Assembly (NCBI GenBank): GCA_963575745.1
Contig: CAUYUJ010000106.1
Span: forward strand, 1-64,000
Direction: 5' to 3'
DNA length: 64,000 nt
Source: Prorocentrum cordatum
Taxonomy: Eukaryota
The notes under the pieces are model-generated. The model worked only from the letters and a program-made list of their open reading frames with translations, was not told where the DNA came from and ran no database searches. Positions 1-14,463 of the stretch are shown piece after piece. The position numbers were made by a program, and so were the translations under genes. Each line of letters starts with the position of its first letter. Position 1 is the first letter of the stretch.

Positions 1-560
1 CCGCCGCCGTCGTCGCCGCCGCCGTCGCCGCCGTCGCCTTCGTCGTCGCCGCCGTCGCCTTCGTCGTCGCCGCCGCCGTCGTCGCCGCCGCCCCCGCACC
101 CCGCCCGCCGCCGCCTTTCCCGCCGCCGCCAGGGCCTGCGGGCCCCAGCCTCAAAATGGGTCCCCGGACCCTTTCGGGGTCCAAGTGCAAAAGTTTTTCG
201 AGCCGCGTCCGACCGCGGCGACGAGGGGGGGCCCAGGGCCAGGAAGCCTCGAACCTCGATCCGCGAGAGTCGAACTTCGAACCTCGGCGTGCATCCCGTT
301 TTCAAAATCAACGAAATCCGCGCAAAATCGGTCCCCAGAACCTCCCTGGGGCGCCTCCGACGCAGTGTTTTGGTCCCGGATCGATTTTGCGACCGTCCCA
401 GGGCCGAAAGCTTCCTCGAACCTCGATGCCCGCTGTCTTCCCCGCCCGTTGGCTCGCGGTGCCCCGGCACCGCATTGCCCCCACGGCAACCCTCCGTGCG
501 GGCCGAGCGCCCGAGCGTCGTGTCGCCCTCGGGGGGTGGCACGACGCTCGGGCGTCGTCG

Positions 561-639
<79 letters not shown>

Positions 640-2084
640 GTCGAGCGGGCCAGCGGGGCGACGAGGCCTCGTCGCACCGCGAACAAGAGGTTCGGCCGTT
701 TTCGGCCTCCGGGGGCCCTCAGAGGGCCCCAGGGCCGTGACCCAAAAACGACTTGGAAGGAAGAGCGCCTCGCCGCGCCGCGAACGAAAATCATGACGGG
801 AGGTTTTCAGCCGCTTTCGGATTCCGAAGGCTCCTTACAGGGCCTTGGGACCGTCAGTAGAAACGGCTGTGACGGAAACCCCCTCCCCCGCGGGCTCCTG
901 GGAGGAGGTGGCCGGGGGTGGCGGCAACGCGACCCCTGAGGATCCGAGACGGCCCGCGAGAACCCCAAAGTGGCTCGGGCTCGGGAATGGATGCTCAGGA
1001 CGGACGAGGAGGGAAGCGGGGCGGAGGATAAGGAGGACAAGAGGGGAGGAAGGAGCAGAAGGTGGAGGAAGAGAAGGAGCGGGAGATTGAAGAAAGCGGG
1101 GAGGACAGGGAGGATGAGGAGGAGCAGGGATCTTCTTCGAGGAGGCGGCGTCGAGCAGGAGGAGGAGGAGGAGGAGGGAGGGAGGAGGACGGGAATATAT
1201 AGAACGGTTAAGAGGAGGAGGAGGAGGAGGACGACGAGGAGGAGGAGGAGGACAAAGACGACGACTACGAGGGGGGACCAAAGCTGACGGTTGATGATGA
1301 TGATGATGGTGACGATGCGGACGATGATGACGATGACGACGGCGACGACGACGATGATGATGATGGTGATGATGATGTCCACGTGCCCAGCTAAATTTAA
1401 AGCGGGTGCAAAGTGCGCGTACTTCTGACATATCTTTAAAAACTGATGTATAATAGGCTCCGGCTTACATGTGTACATATACACACATATGTACAAACGT
1501 ATTTCTATGCATGTACACAAATACATATACGTACGTAAAAACGTGGGCAGACCCGTCCGTTCAAGTACACACGTACACATACATGCACTGCCATGGACAA
1601 AGTCTGCCAACCCGCGCGCGCACGCACACATATGTGTAACCATGCCACAACACTCATGCAGTAGGTTCGCGTCGTGTCGACCGGCGGCGACCCCGCCGCC
1701 GGCGTTCAACGTTGAGCGCCGCCGGCAGCCCAGAATCGCTCGACGTTGAACGATCTGTCGTTGGGGGAACCGCCGATCGTTCAAGGTTGAACGATCCACG
1801 CGGCGTCGGCAACCAACGCCGGGGTCGACACGACGCGGACATGACGTATACATCTAAGTGTGTGCGCACACACATTCGCACATTCATTCACGCATACATT
1901 CGAAAACACATATTCATTCACATGCATCCACATGCGCTTACACGCATACAACTATGCATACTTGTATGTATATGCGAGTGTAGGCATTCGCACAAACACA
2001 CGCTTGCACACATAAACCAAACAGAGTCTTATATACATCCGTATCCATAAGTGCCGCACGGCCGAAAAGGCTCAGCATGTTTTA

Positions 2085-2435
2085 CATAGGGGAGTGGGCG
2101 AACCCACTCCTATAAGTGAAACATATCAGAAATCCAGCCGCGGAGGCTTTCTGTACTGCTCACATAGGCGAGTGGGCCGGCCTACTCCCCTATGTGAACC
2201 ATACCAGGAATCCTCCTGCGGAGGCTGTCTGTACTGGTCACATAAGCGAGCGGGCCAGCCCACTCCCCCATGTGAGCCATGCCGGAAATCTGGCCGCGGA
2301 GGTTTTCCGGTTCTGGTTACATTGGCGAGTGGGCTGGCCCCCCCCCCTATGTGAACCATACCAGAAATCCGGCCGCGCAGGCTTTCTGTTTTTGTCACAT
2401 AGGCTGGTGGGCCGGCCCACTCCCTTATGTGATCC
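2085..2435. repeat. Degenerate ~80-bp-period array of palindromic units (mirrored at ~5175-5530)
   Basis: Five variants of acataggggagtgggccggcccactcccctatgt separated by ~30-bp spacers centred on ccgcgg-like sequence. Confidence 0.85.
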
Positions 2436-3473
2436 GTACCCGAGCTCCGTGCACGAAAGGTGTGCGCGTGCGAGGATGAACGATCGCGCGCGAGCTGCAG
2501 CTCGGCGGTCGCACCTCCTCCTCCTCCTCCTTCCCCGTTTCTCCCCCTCCTCCACCTCATCATCTTTCCGCCCTCACCTCCTTCTCATCAGCACCCCCAC
2601 TCACCCCCTCGTCATTTTAGGAAACGCCAACCAAGAAACTACAAATAACGCATAATCTAAATAAGAAAACGTGCAATCAGAAGGAAATCTGGTCATCAAA
2701 TTACAACGTTGCTCAAAAGAACAAGCCATTCTCAAAACAACATACCGTACACCGTTGTGCAAGCAAACCACAAAACTGCAACCACATGCATGTATGAAAC
2801 AAAACGTTGATCATGAAACCGCAACGTGGTGCAAAACAACAACATAAAAGTAACATCTGATCATACATTTATAACTTGGTGCAAAAAACTCAAAAACAAT
2901 ATTATATCATGAATATACAACGTGGCGCAAAAAACAAGCAAAACAACAATATGTTCATGCATATACAACGCGGCGCAACAAACTCACAAACACAAAGTCC
3001 CGATCATGAAAGCATAACGTGGCGCAACATCTACAATGAAAACGCATGTTTCTAATTCATATTAACCAGTGTTAACGCAAATTCAACATTTAGCATACTG
3101 TAGTGAGTGTCTATGTTAAATCAACTTAAACCAAGGTAAAGTTTAACTTGGGCGAGGTGTTTCGCATAACGTGAGCTTAACTTGAATTAGCCAAGCAAGA
3201 CAAACTTATATCACAAGCCATAACGTTGTACAAGCAAGGTAATTCGTGTTAAACAAATGTTATAAGCTGTATGTGATGCTATACGTGTTTAGGTCGATGT
3301 TGCAAGTGTAACTGTTTGTCGCTGTTATTAAGATGTTATAAGAGGTGATGTGCGGCTTATACATGATTGTGTAGAGGGTATAACTATGTATATCTAGCTA
3401 ACTCCAGTTTAAACCAAAGTTCATCTAAGTACGCGAACCATACCAGAAAGCTAGCCGCGGCAAGATTTCTGAT

Positions 3474-4112
3474 ATGGTTTACATAGGGGAGTGGGCCGGC
3501 CCACTCCCCTATGTAAACCATGAGCGCGCACGCCCGTTGTACGATTCTCGCACAATGTAAACTGGGAGTGCGCGCTCATGGTTTACATAGGGGAGTGGTG
3601 CGGCCCCACTACCCTATGTTAAACCATGAGCGCGCACCCCCACCTTACATCAACTTCGAGGAAGCATGGTGGTTGATGTAAAGTGGGTGTGCGCGCTCAT
3701 GGTTTACATAGGGGAGTGGGCCGGCCCACTCCCCTATGTAAACCATGAGCGCGCACTCCAGTTTTTACATTGTGCAGAGAATCCGTCCAACGGGCGTGCG
3801 CGCTTGTGCGCGCTCATGGTTTACATAGGGGAGTGGGCCAGCCCACTCCCCTATGTAAACCATACCAAATATTTTGCCGCGGCAAGATTTCTAGTATGGG
3901 TTACACAGGGGAGTGGGCCGGCCCACTCCCGTATGTAGATGTAAACCATCTCCAGAATATTTGCCGCGGCAAAGAAGCCGAGCCATGGTTTACATAGGGG
4001 AGTGGGCCAGCCCACTCCCCTATGTAAACCATACCAAATATTTTGCCGCGGCAAGATTTCTAGTATGGGTTACACAGGGGAGTGGGCCGGCCCACTCCCG
4101 TATGTAAACCAT
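3474..4112. repeat. Array of seven ~48-bp palindromes (atggtttacataggggagtgggcc|ggcccactcccctatgtaaaccat)
   Basis: Perfect copies at 3474-3521 and 3699-3746; variants at ~3578, 3816, 3896, 3985 and 4065. Confidence 0.92.
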
Positions 4113-7100
4113 ATCAGCAATCTTGACGCGGCAAGATTCCTGACATGGTTCACATACTTAGATGAATTTTGGTTTAAACTTGAGTTAGCTAGATATACAT
4201 AATCATAACCTCTACACAAACATGTATAAGCCGCACATCCACTCTTATAACATCTTAATAACAGCGACTACCAAATATAACGTAGACCCAATCACTTGCA
4301 ACATCAACATAAGCACGTATAACATCACACAAAGTTTTGATTTGTTTAGCATGAGTTACCGTGCTTGTAAACGTTTATGGCTTGTGATATAAGTTTATCT
4401 TGCTTTGTCAATTCAAGTTAAGTTCATGTTAAGCGAAAAACCTCGCTCGAGTTAAACTTTACCTTGGTTTACTTTGTTTTTAACATAAACCTTTACTAGA
4501 GTATGCTAAATGTTGAATTTGCGCTAACATTGGTTAACATGAATTAGAAAACATGCGTTTTCATTGTGGATGCTGCACCACGTTACTTTTTCATGATCGG
4601 GATTTTGTTTTTGTGAGTTTCGTTTGCGCAGCGTTGTATATGCATGAACATATTTTGTTGTTTTGTTTTTTGCACCACGCTGTATATTCATGATCTGATT
4701 TTTGGAGTTTTTTGCACCAAGTTATACATGCATGATCAGATGTTGTTTTTTTTATGTTGTTGCTTTGCACCACGTTGCGGTTTCACGACCAGAGTTTTGT
4801 TTCATACATGCATGTGGTTGCATTTTGGTTGTTTGTTTGCACAACGTTGTACGGTATGTTGTTTTTGAGAATGGCTTGGTTTTTTTTTTTGAGCAGCGTT
4901 GTAGTTTCATGACCAGGGTTTCTTTCGGATTGCAGGTTTTCTTATTTCGATTATGTGTTATTTGTAGTTTCTTGGTTGGCGTTTCCTAAAATGACGAGGG
5001 GGTGAGTGGGGGTGCTGATGAGAAGGAGGAAGGGCGGAAAGATGATTAGGTGGAAGAGGAGGGGGAGAAACGGGGAAGGAGGAGGAGGAGGAGGAGGTGC
5101 GACCGCCGAGCTGCAGCTCGCGCGCGATCGTTCATCCTCGCACGCGCACCCCTTTCGTGCACGGAGCTCTGGTATGGATCGCATAGTGGAGTGGGCCGGC
5201 CCACTCGCCTATATGACAAATACAGCAAGCCTCCGCGGCCGGATTTCTGGTATGGTTCACATAGGGGGGGCCAGCCCACTCGCCAATGTAACCAAAACAG
5301 GAAAACCTCCGCGGCCGGATATCCGGTATGGCTCACATGGGGGAGTGGGCTGGCCCGCTCGCTTATGTGACCAGTACAGACAGCCTCCGCAGGAGGATTC
5401 CTGGTATGGTTCACATAGGGGAGTGGGCCGGCCCACTCGCCTATGTGAGCGGTACAGAAAGCCTCCGCGGCTGGATTTCTGATATGTTTCACCTGTGGGA
5501 GTGGTTTCGCCCACTCGCCTATATAGAACACATGCTGAACCTTCTCGGCCGTGCGGTACTTATGGATACGGATGTATCTAAGCCTCTGTTCGGTTTATGT
5601 GTGAAAGCGGGTGTTTGTGTGAATGCCTACACTCGCATATACATACAAGTATGCATAGTTGTATGCGTGTAAGCGCATGTGGATGCATGTGAATGAATAT
5701 GTATTTTCGAGTGTATGTGTGAATGAATGTGCGAATGTGTGTGCGCACACACGTAGATGTAGAAGGCAGGTCCGCGTCGCGTCGACCCCGGCGTTGGTTG
5801 CCGACACCGCGTGGATCGTTCAACCTTGAACGATCGGCGGTTCCCCCAACGACAGATCTTTCGACGTCGAGCGATTCTGGGCCGCCGCCGGCGCTCAACG
5901 TTGAACGCCGGCGGCGGGGTCGCCGCCGGTCGACACGACGCGAACCTACCGTATGAGTGTTGTGGTATGCTTACACATATGTGTGCATATGATTGTGCGC
6001 GCGCGGATTGGCAGACTTTGTCCATGGCAGCGCATGTATATGTATGCGTGTACTTGAATGGACGGGCCCGCCCACGTTTTACGTACGTATATGTGTGTAT
6101 ACATGCATAAAAATACGTTTGTACATATGTGTATATGTACACATGTAAGCCGGAGCCTAGTATACATCAACTTTTGAAGATATGTCAGCAATACGTGCAC
6201 TTTGCACCCGCTATAAATTTAGCTGGGCACGCGGACATCATCGCCATCATCATCATCATCGTCGTCGTCGCCGTCGTCATCGTCATCATCGTCCGCATCG
6301 TCACCATCATCATCATCATCATCATCCCTCCCTCCTCCTCCTCCTCCTCCTCCTCCTGCTCGACGCCACCTCCTCGAAGAAGATCCCTGCTCCCCCTCAT
6401 CCTCCCTTTCCTCCCCGCTTCAATCTCCCGCTCCTTCTCTTCCTCCACCTTCTCCTCCCTCCCCTCTTGTCCTCCTTATCCTCCGCCACGCTTCCCTCGT
6501 CCGCCCTGAGCATCCATTCCCGAGCCCGAGCCACTTTGGGGTTCTCGTGGGCCGTCTCGGATCCTCAGGGGTCGCGTTGCCGCCACCCCCGGCCACCCCC
6601 TCCCAGGAGCCCGCGGGGGAGGGGGTTTCCGTCCCAGCCGGTTCTGCTGACGGTCCCAAGGCCCTGTAAGGAGCCTTCGGAATCCGAAAGCGGCTGAAAA
6701 CCTCCCGTCATGATTTTCGTTCGCGGCGCGGCGAGGTGCTCTTCCTTCCAAGTCGTTTTTGGGTCGCGGCCCTGGGGCCCTCTGAGGGCCCCCGGAGGCC
6801 GAAAACGGCCGAACCTCTTGTTCGCGGTGCGACGAGGCCTCGTCGCCCCGCTGGCCCGCTCGACGCGACGACGACGACGACGACGGCGGCGGCGACGACG
6901 ACGACGACCACGACGACGACGACGACGACGATGACGACGACGACGACGACGACGACGACGCCCGAGCGTCGTGCCACCCCCGGAGGGCGACACGACGCTC
7001 GGGCGCTCGGCCCGCATGGAGGGTTGCCGCGGGGGCAATGCGGTGCCAGGGCGCCGCGAACCAACGGGCGGGGAAGACAGGCACGGCGGCGGGCATCGAG

Positions 7101-7429
7101 GTTCGAGGAAGTTTTCGGCCCTGGGACCGTCGCACAATCGATCCGGGACCAACGAACTGCGTCGGATGCACCCCAGGAGGGTTCTGGGCGCCGATTTTGC
7201 GCGGATTTCGTTGACTTTGAAAAGGGGATGCACGCCGAGGTTCGAAGTTCGACTCTCGCGGATCGAGGTTCGAGGCTTCCTGGCCCTGGGGCCCCCCTCG
7301 TCGCCGCGGTCGGGCGCAGCTCGAAAAACTTTTGCGCTTGGACCCCGAAAGGGTCCGGGGACCCATTTTGAGGCTGGGGCCCGCAGGCCCTGGAGGCGGC
7401 GGGAAAGGCGGCGGCGGCGACGGCGGCGG

Positions 7430-8050
<621 letters not shown>

Positions 8051-8325
8051 GGGGATTCCCAGCTCCCGTATGCACCTATTGGGGATTCGGAGCTCTCGAC
8101 GCACGCACAGCCGAGGCTACGGGCCCGACGTGGCCAGGCCTGCAAAAGATTGCAAACGGACACCAGTGTCAGCGATCATCGGTTCAGGGGATTGATCCTC
8201 GACTTCGGCTTGTGAAGGCCGGCTTCGGACTCCGGGGCCCCCAGAAGTCGATCCCGGACGGGAAACTGATCCGAATGCACCCTGGCAGGGGTCTGGGGAC
8301 CGATTTTGAACCGATTTGGGACCGA

Positions 8326-8366
<41 letters not shown>

Positions 8367-9719
8367 ACCAGGAGGGGATTGCGAACCCCCCAATTCGCGG
8401 TGGCCCCGCTGACGGGCGCTGGCGCCCAAAGCCAGTGGACCTCGAAACAGCATCTCACCATGCTCTCCCTCCAGTGGACTTCCTCCCCTTCCATGCTCTT
8501 CCTGATCATCCTCCCCTCTTCCCCCGATGACGACGATGATGACGATGAGGAGGGTGGTGGTACTGATGATGACGGGCTCATCATGATCATCACCATCATC
8601 ATCATCACCATCATCATCATCTTCTTCACCACCAACACCAACACCACCATCACCCTCCACACCATCGTCACACATCATCATCATCATCATCATCGCCCTC
8701 GTCCAATGCCATCACCATCGTCATGATCATCACCACCATCATCAGGATCCATCACCGCAGGGGGCTGATTTCCAAAGCCCCGTTGGCAGGAACAGAAGCC
8801 CCGTTGGCAGGAACAGACGTTCCAGGGATGGCGAGGTCTAATCTGGGTCTGAGTATGACCCCATTCCGCTGGGCCCCCCAGCAGCCCTGGAAAGTGGCGA
8901 CAGTTTCGCAGATCGCAGCCCCGCACAGGGATGACCAGGCAGGAGGCAAACTGACACGCGGCGGCGAGCAAGGTGAGATGCAGGGGGGAAGAGGAAAGGA
9001 GGAACGAGGCGGGAAGGAGGAGGAGACGCGACCGCACTGCTCTATTCAAAACGAGAACCCAACGCAGGGGGGTTGGGAACAAACGCAAACATCCTTCAAA
9101 AGCCAACAGGACGTCGATGATGTTAGCTTCTTCGGGCTTTCCCAAGGGATGTCTTGGAGGCGTCTTGGCCGCCTTTGAGGCTATCTGGAGCTATCTGGAC
9201 TCCGTATTGGGCCGTGTGGGGTGCATCTCGGGGCCATGGCTCTCTAATTGGAGGAAAGGTCTACATGCACATTAGCACCGCAGTGCCGCGTGGCGAAAGA
9301 AGAATGTACACGACCACTTGACCTCTGAGAATCATGAACACGACCGCTGTGGCGGAACCGCTGCGGAGGGTTCCAGGCTCCACCGCGTCGGGCGTCCATG
9401 AAATCCGCCGACCCCTTGGGGGCCTCCAGGCGTGCGAGATTCCCCCCCAATAACCTCACCGGACAAGAACGGGAAGCGTCGCTTTAGCGTCGCTGTAGTC
9501 CACCAAACATGTGGAAAATGCTCTGTTGATGTTACGCCGCGCAGGTATGCCGTGGCGCGCGTGTCGGCGTGCGTCCGGGGTGTGATTTGCTGTGGTCCTG
9601 TGTGTTCTGCCGTGCTCCTGTTCTGCTGTGCTTCTGTGTTCTGCCGTGCCTGTGTGCTCTGTGTGTTCTGTCGTGCTCCTGTATCATGCGGTGGTCGTTT
9701 TGGCGGAGCTTCTGGGCGC

Positions 9720-11710
9720 GCACGGCAGAAAAAGATCAGGAGCACGGCAGAAGAGGCCCCAAGAGCGAAGGAGCACAGCAGAAAAAGACCAGGAACACTG
9801 CGAAATAGACCCGAAGAGCTAAGGAACACGGCAGAATAGGCCCCAAGAACGAAGGAGCACGGCTAAAAAAGATTGAAGCACGGCAGAACAAACCCCAATA
9901 ACTAAAAAGCACGGCAGAAAAAGACCAGGAGCACGGCAGAATAGACCCGACGAGCGGCGGAGTACGGCAGAAAAAGGCCAGGAGAACGGCAAAATATACC
10001 CCAAGAGCTAAGGAGCACGGCAAAATAGACCCCAAAGCGAAGGAGCACGGCAGAAACAGACCAAGAGCACGGCAGAATAGACCCGAAGAGCGAAGGAGCA
10101 CGGCAGAAAAAAAACAGGAGCACGGCAAAATAGGACCGAAGAGCTAAGGCGCACGGTAGAAACAAAACTCAGGGGCACGGCAGAATATGCCCGAAGAGCT
10201 GCCGAGCACAGCAGAAAAAAGACCATGAGCACGGCAGAATAGACCCCAAGAGCCAAGGAGCACGGTAGAGTAGGCCCCAAGAACGAGAAAAACGCCAGAA
10301 AAAAAGACCATGAGCACGGCAGAATAGACCCCACGAGCTAAGGAGCAAAGCAGAAAAAGACCGAAGCACGGCAGAATAGGCCAGAAGAGCCAAGGAGTAC
10401 GACAGAAAAATACCAGGAGCACGGCAGAATAGACCCGAAGAGTGAAGGAGCACGGCAGACTAGACCCCAAGAGCGAAGGAGCACGACAGAAAAAGACCAT
10501 GAGCACGGCAGAATGGACCCCACAAGCTCAGGAGCATGGCAGAAAAATACCAGGAGCACAGCAGAATAGGCCCCATGAGCGAAGGCGAAAGGCATAATAG
10601 ACCCGAAGAGCGAAGGATCACGGCAGAACAAAAACGATCAGGAGCACAGCAGCATAGGCCCCAAGAGCGAAGGCGCACGGCAGAAAAAGACCAGGAGCAC
10701 GGCAGAATAGACCCAAAGAGCAAAGGAGTGCGGCAGAATAGACCCCAAGAGCGACGGAGCAAGGCAGAACAAAACAGGAGCACGGCATAACAGACCCCAA
10801 CAGCTAAAAGGCACGGCATAAGAGGGCCCAAGAGCGAAGGAGCAGCAAAACAGACCAAGACCAGGAGCACGGCAAACTAGACCCCAAGAGCTAAAGAGCC
10901 CGGCATAATGGGCCCCAAGAGCAAAGGAGCACGGAAGAAGAAGACCAGGAACACGGCAGAACAAACCCCAATAACTAAAAAGCACAGCAGAAAAAAAAAC
11001 AGGAGCACGGCAACATACACCCCAAGAGCTGAGGAGCACGGCAGAATAGACCCAAGAGCGAAGGAGCACGGCAGAAAACAACCAGGAGCACGGCAGAATA
11101 GACCCCACAGCTGAGGAGCACGTCAGAAAATAGACCAGGAGCACGGCAGAATAGACCCGAAAAGCGAAGGAGCACAGCAGAACAAAAACCAAGAGCACTG
11201 CAGAATAGGCCAGAAGAGCTGCCGAGCACGCCAAAAAAGAAACGGAAGCACGACATAATAGGCCAGACGAGCCAATGAGTACGGCAGAATAGGCCCCAAG
11301 AGTGAAACAGACACCAGGAAAAGACCATGAGCACGGCAGAATAGACCCCAAAAGCTAAGGAGCACGGCAGAAAGAAAGACCAAAGCACGGCAGAATAGGT
11401 CCGAAGAGTGAAGGAGTACGACAGAAAAAGACCAGACTGAAGAATAGGCCAAAAGAGCGCCCCAAGAGCGAAAAAGACGCCAGCAGAAAGACCATGAGCA
11501 CGGCAGAATGGACCCCAACAACTCAGGAGCACGGCAGAACAATACCAGAAGCACGGCAGAATAGGCCCCATGAGCGAAGGCGCACAGCAGAAGAAAAAAA
11601 AACAGGAGCACGGCAGATTAGACCCCAAGAGCTAAGGAGCATGGCAGAAGAGGCCCCAAGAGCGAAGGAGCAAGGCAGAAAGAGACCAGGAGCACGGCAG
11701 AATAAACCCT
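9720..11710 (+). repeat. Degenerate purine-rich minisatellite, core ggagcacggcagaa, ~55-bp two-part unit (duplicate at ~54365-56350)
   Basis: Dozens of gagcacggcagaa cores alternating with tagaccccaagagc and aaagacca linkers. Confidence 0.9.
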
Positions 11711-13221
11711 AAGACCGAACGCGTATGTTTGATAATATCGATGTTACGAACATATCAATGTTGTGAGGATGTCTCAGGCGAAATCACATTTTGGGGTCGT
11801 CTCGAGGGCGATCCTGGGGGTCAGATTGGGGCTAATTTGGGGCCCTTTGGGGCCGTCCTGATGCCCTCCAAAATCATTGCAGTGCGATGTTAGACACCCT
11901 CATTTTTTGAGGAGCTGTCCAGGCGTGTCTCGAGGGTCTGTGGGGTCTCTCTTGGCCTGTCTGAGCGTTCTCTTTGATTGTCTTGGGGCTCTCTTGGCCA
12001 GTCTCGGGGCCTCTTCGGGCGCTCTGGGGGCCCTCTGGGCGCCTCTTGGGGGCCTCTTGCGGGTCTCTCGGGCCGCTTTGGGGGTCCACTGGGGGGCCTT
12101 CGGAGGCTCTCTTGGGCCGTTTTGAAGCCCTCCGTGAGCGATTCCAAGATGATGCTGGTTCGGAGTCCCCTCCGGAGCCGATGTTTTGAGGATGTCTCGA
12201 GCGAAACAACCATTTTCTGCGGCTGCCGCGCCCCTCCCGATTTTCTGAGGATGTCCCGAATAACAGCGCAATTCTTTATATGATAGGTAGTAAAACAACT
12301 TTTCCAACATATCACTTTTTGAGGATGTCTCGGGCGAAACGCTTTGACATTTTTCAACATCCCGATGTTCTGAGGATGTCTCGAGCGAAAACGATGTTTA
12401 ACAGAAAACGTCTTAAACGATAGCCTCCAGCATCTCTATTTTCGGAGGACGTCTCGAGCGAAATCGCTTTTTGGGGGGCATCCGCCAACGAAAATCCCGG
12501 TGCAATCCCGCACACCATATAGTAAGAGATTTTGAAAAACATGATGCAGATTCAGCCAGAACGTCCAGCTCGCTTCTCGTACCTCGAAGACGCTTCCCGT
12601 CAACCCGGTGCAGCGCCAAACCCTATATAGTAAGAGATTTGAATATATAGTGCAGATTCAGCCAGAACGTCCAGCTCGCTTCTCGTACCTCGAAGACGCT
12701 TCCCGTCATCCGCCAGGCCTTGATCATGGAGCAATCCCGAGCCCTTCCCCCCTCAGACTCCCCCCAATAAAAACATTTGAATCCGGAGTTTCGGTCTTCA
12801 GTGAACCCGACGATCCGCTCTGATTGCTAACATGGGCTGCGGGCCCCATGGAGACGGGACTCCCGCCTCAGACTTCCTCGCTATTCGCTCACAGGCTAGC
12901 CCCCCCCTCTGAGACATCCTCACGATTTGTACCCATGGGGTGCTCAAGTGCTATGCCTCCCAGAGTGCGCCGATGGCCCGCTCGGATTACTAACGTAAGC
13001 TGCTGGCGCAATAGTGAGGACGCGCCCGCTGGAAACTTCCTCCCGAACTCAGATACGCATGGTGAACGAGTGCGTGCGTGCGTGAGATGCTGATGACGAT
13101 GATGCTGATGGTTGTGATGATGATGTTGATGTTGTTGATGATGATGGTGATGATGATGATGATGGATGGATGGAGATGGTGGTGGTGGTGGTGGTGGTGA
13201 TGGTGATGGTGATGGTGATGG

Positions 13222-13253
<32 letters not shown>

Positions 13254-13870
13254 AAGAATGCGTGAATGAGTGTGATGACGGGGTGGGCTGGTGGGTGCGT
13301 GATGATGGTGGCGAGGATAACGATGGCGATTATGATAAGGAGGAGGATAATGATGAGGATGCTGATGCTGATGATAATCCCACCAGCTCCCTGTGCGCGA
13401 GTGATATAGGGGATACCTTCTGTTCAACCCCCTTCTTCCCCTTCGGAAAGGGGTTTGCCCCTCCCCCTACCCCCTGCCCCTGGGCCTGGATGGGGGAGGG
13501 GTGGGGGGCGATGGGCTGGGGCGTCCTTTTCGGTCCGTGGGAAGGTCATGTTGTGACACCCCTCGCGAGGATCGTGGGCCGGAGGGGGTGGACTGCAATA
13601 AATGATGCCCCCTTCTTTGATCGATGGCCTCGAAGACGGCCCCGAGAGACCTCCAAGACGGACACTTCGAACCTTCGGCTCCAAGACGCCCCCAAGGTGC
13701 CCCAGGGACCCCCAGGAAGCCCCCAAGAAAAACAAAGGGGTCGGCGATATGGCGTAAGCCTAAGGATCAGCGGGGGGTGCTGGGGCTTGTAGAGCTAGCT
13801 CGCACGCGTGGCACGGGCCCCCGATTTATGATATATAATGGGTGGAAGCGAGCGATGTTAGCTCGAAATG

Positions 13871-14463
13871 TTAGCTCGCAAACGCAGCATGAGCATCCGA
13901 CTTAATTCGCATGTCGAGGAGCGTGAGGGAACGTTTGCACCTCTCGTCCGGGGATGATGCCTCTGAATGATCGTCGATGCCGAGGATACCCCCGACCGCG
14001 TGACCAGCATTGCTCAAGTGGCGGACATAGAAATTCAGGTAATCTTCCCCGTCGCGCGTGCGGCCCCACGCCACCTTCAGCTCAACTTTGCCGAACCACC
14101 TCCATGGCTGGCGCTGATCATGGTGGCTAGCCAAATACCTGAAGCCATTCGTCTGCTGCTTATTAGCCCACGCACCAGTGATGTTGAGCGCCTTGATGTA
14201 CATGTCGGTCGCGCAATGTGCATGTCGGTCGCTTTGCACCTCCGCACCCACGCGAAGAAGAATCTCATCTGGGCCACATCTTTGCGGAATATTGATGAGC
14301 ACGTGCTTGCCGGTCCGTGCGATGTCAAAGCTCTGACCAAACATGTTCCGCATGTGTGGGTCACCAATGGCGCTGCCGGATGCGTCAAAGAACTGCGTTG
14401 GGCTGATCCACTTCTCGGGTGTCCAAGTGGCCCAGCTGAAGGGGTGCCCACTCAGGGTGTCCG
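13871..14463 (-). CDS. Haloperoxidase-like gene, segment 3: end of domain 2 plus C-terminal GDPH-motif (VWD-like) domain
   Basis: FSWATWTPEKWISPTQFF aligns with domain-1 LDWATWTPDHWIRPSAYY; followed by AIGDPHMRNMFGQSFDI...GGILGIDDH; stop at 13871-13873. Confidence 0.8.

Noticed and set aside
3474..4112. CRISPR array
   Set aside because: Spacers are repeated or reverse complements of each other, the repeat is a 48-bp perfect palindrome, there are no cas genes, and the context is eukaryotic.
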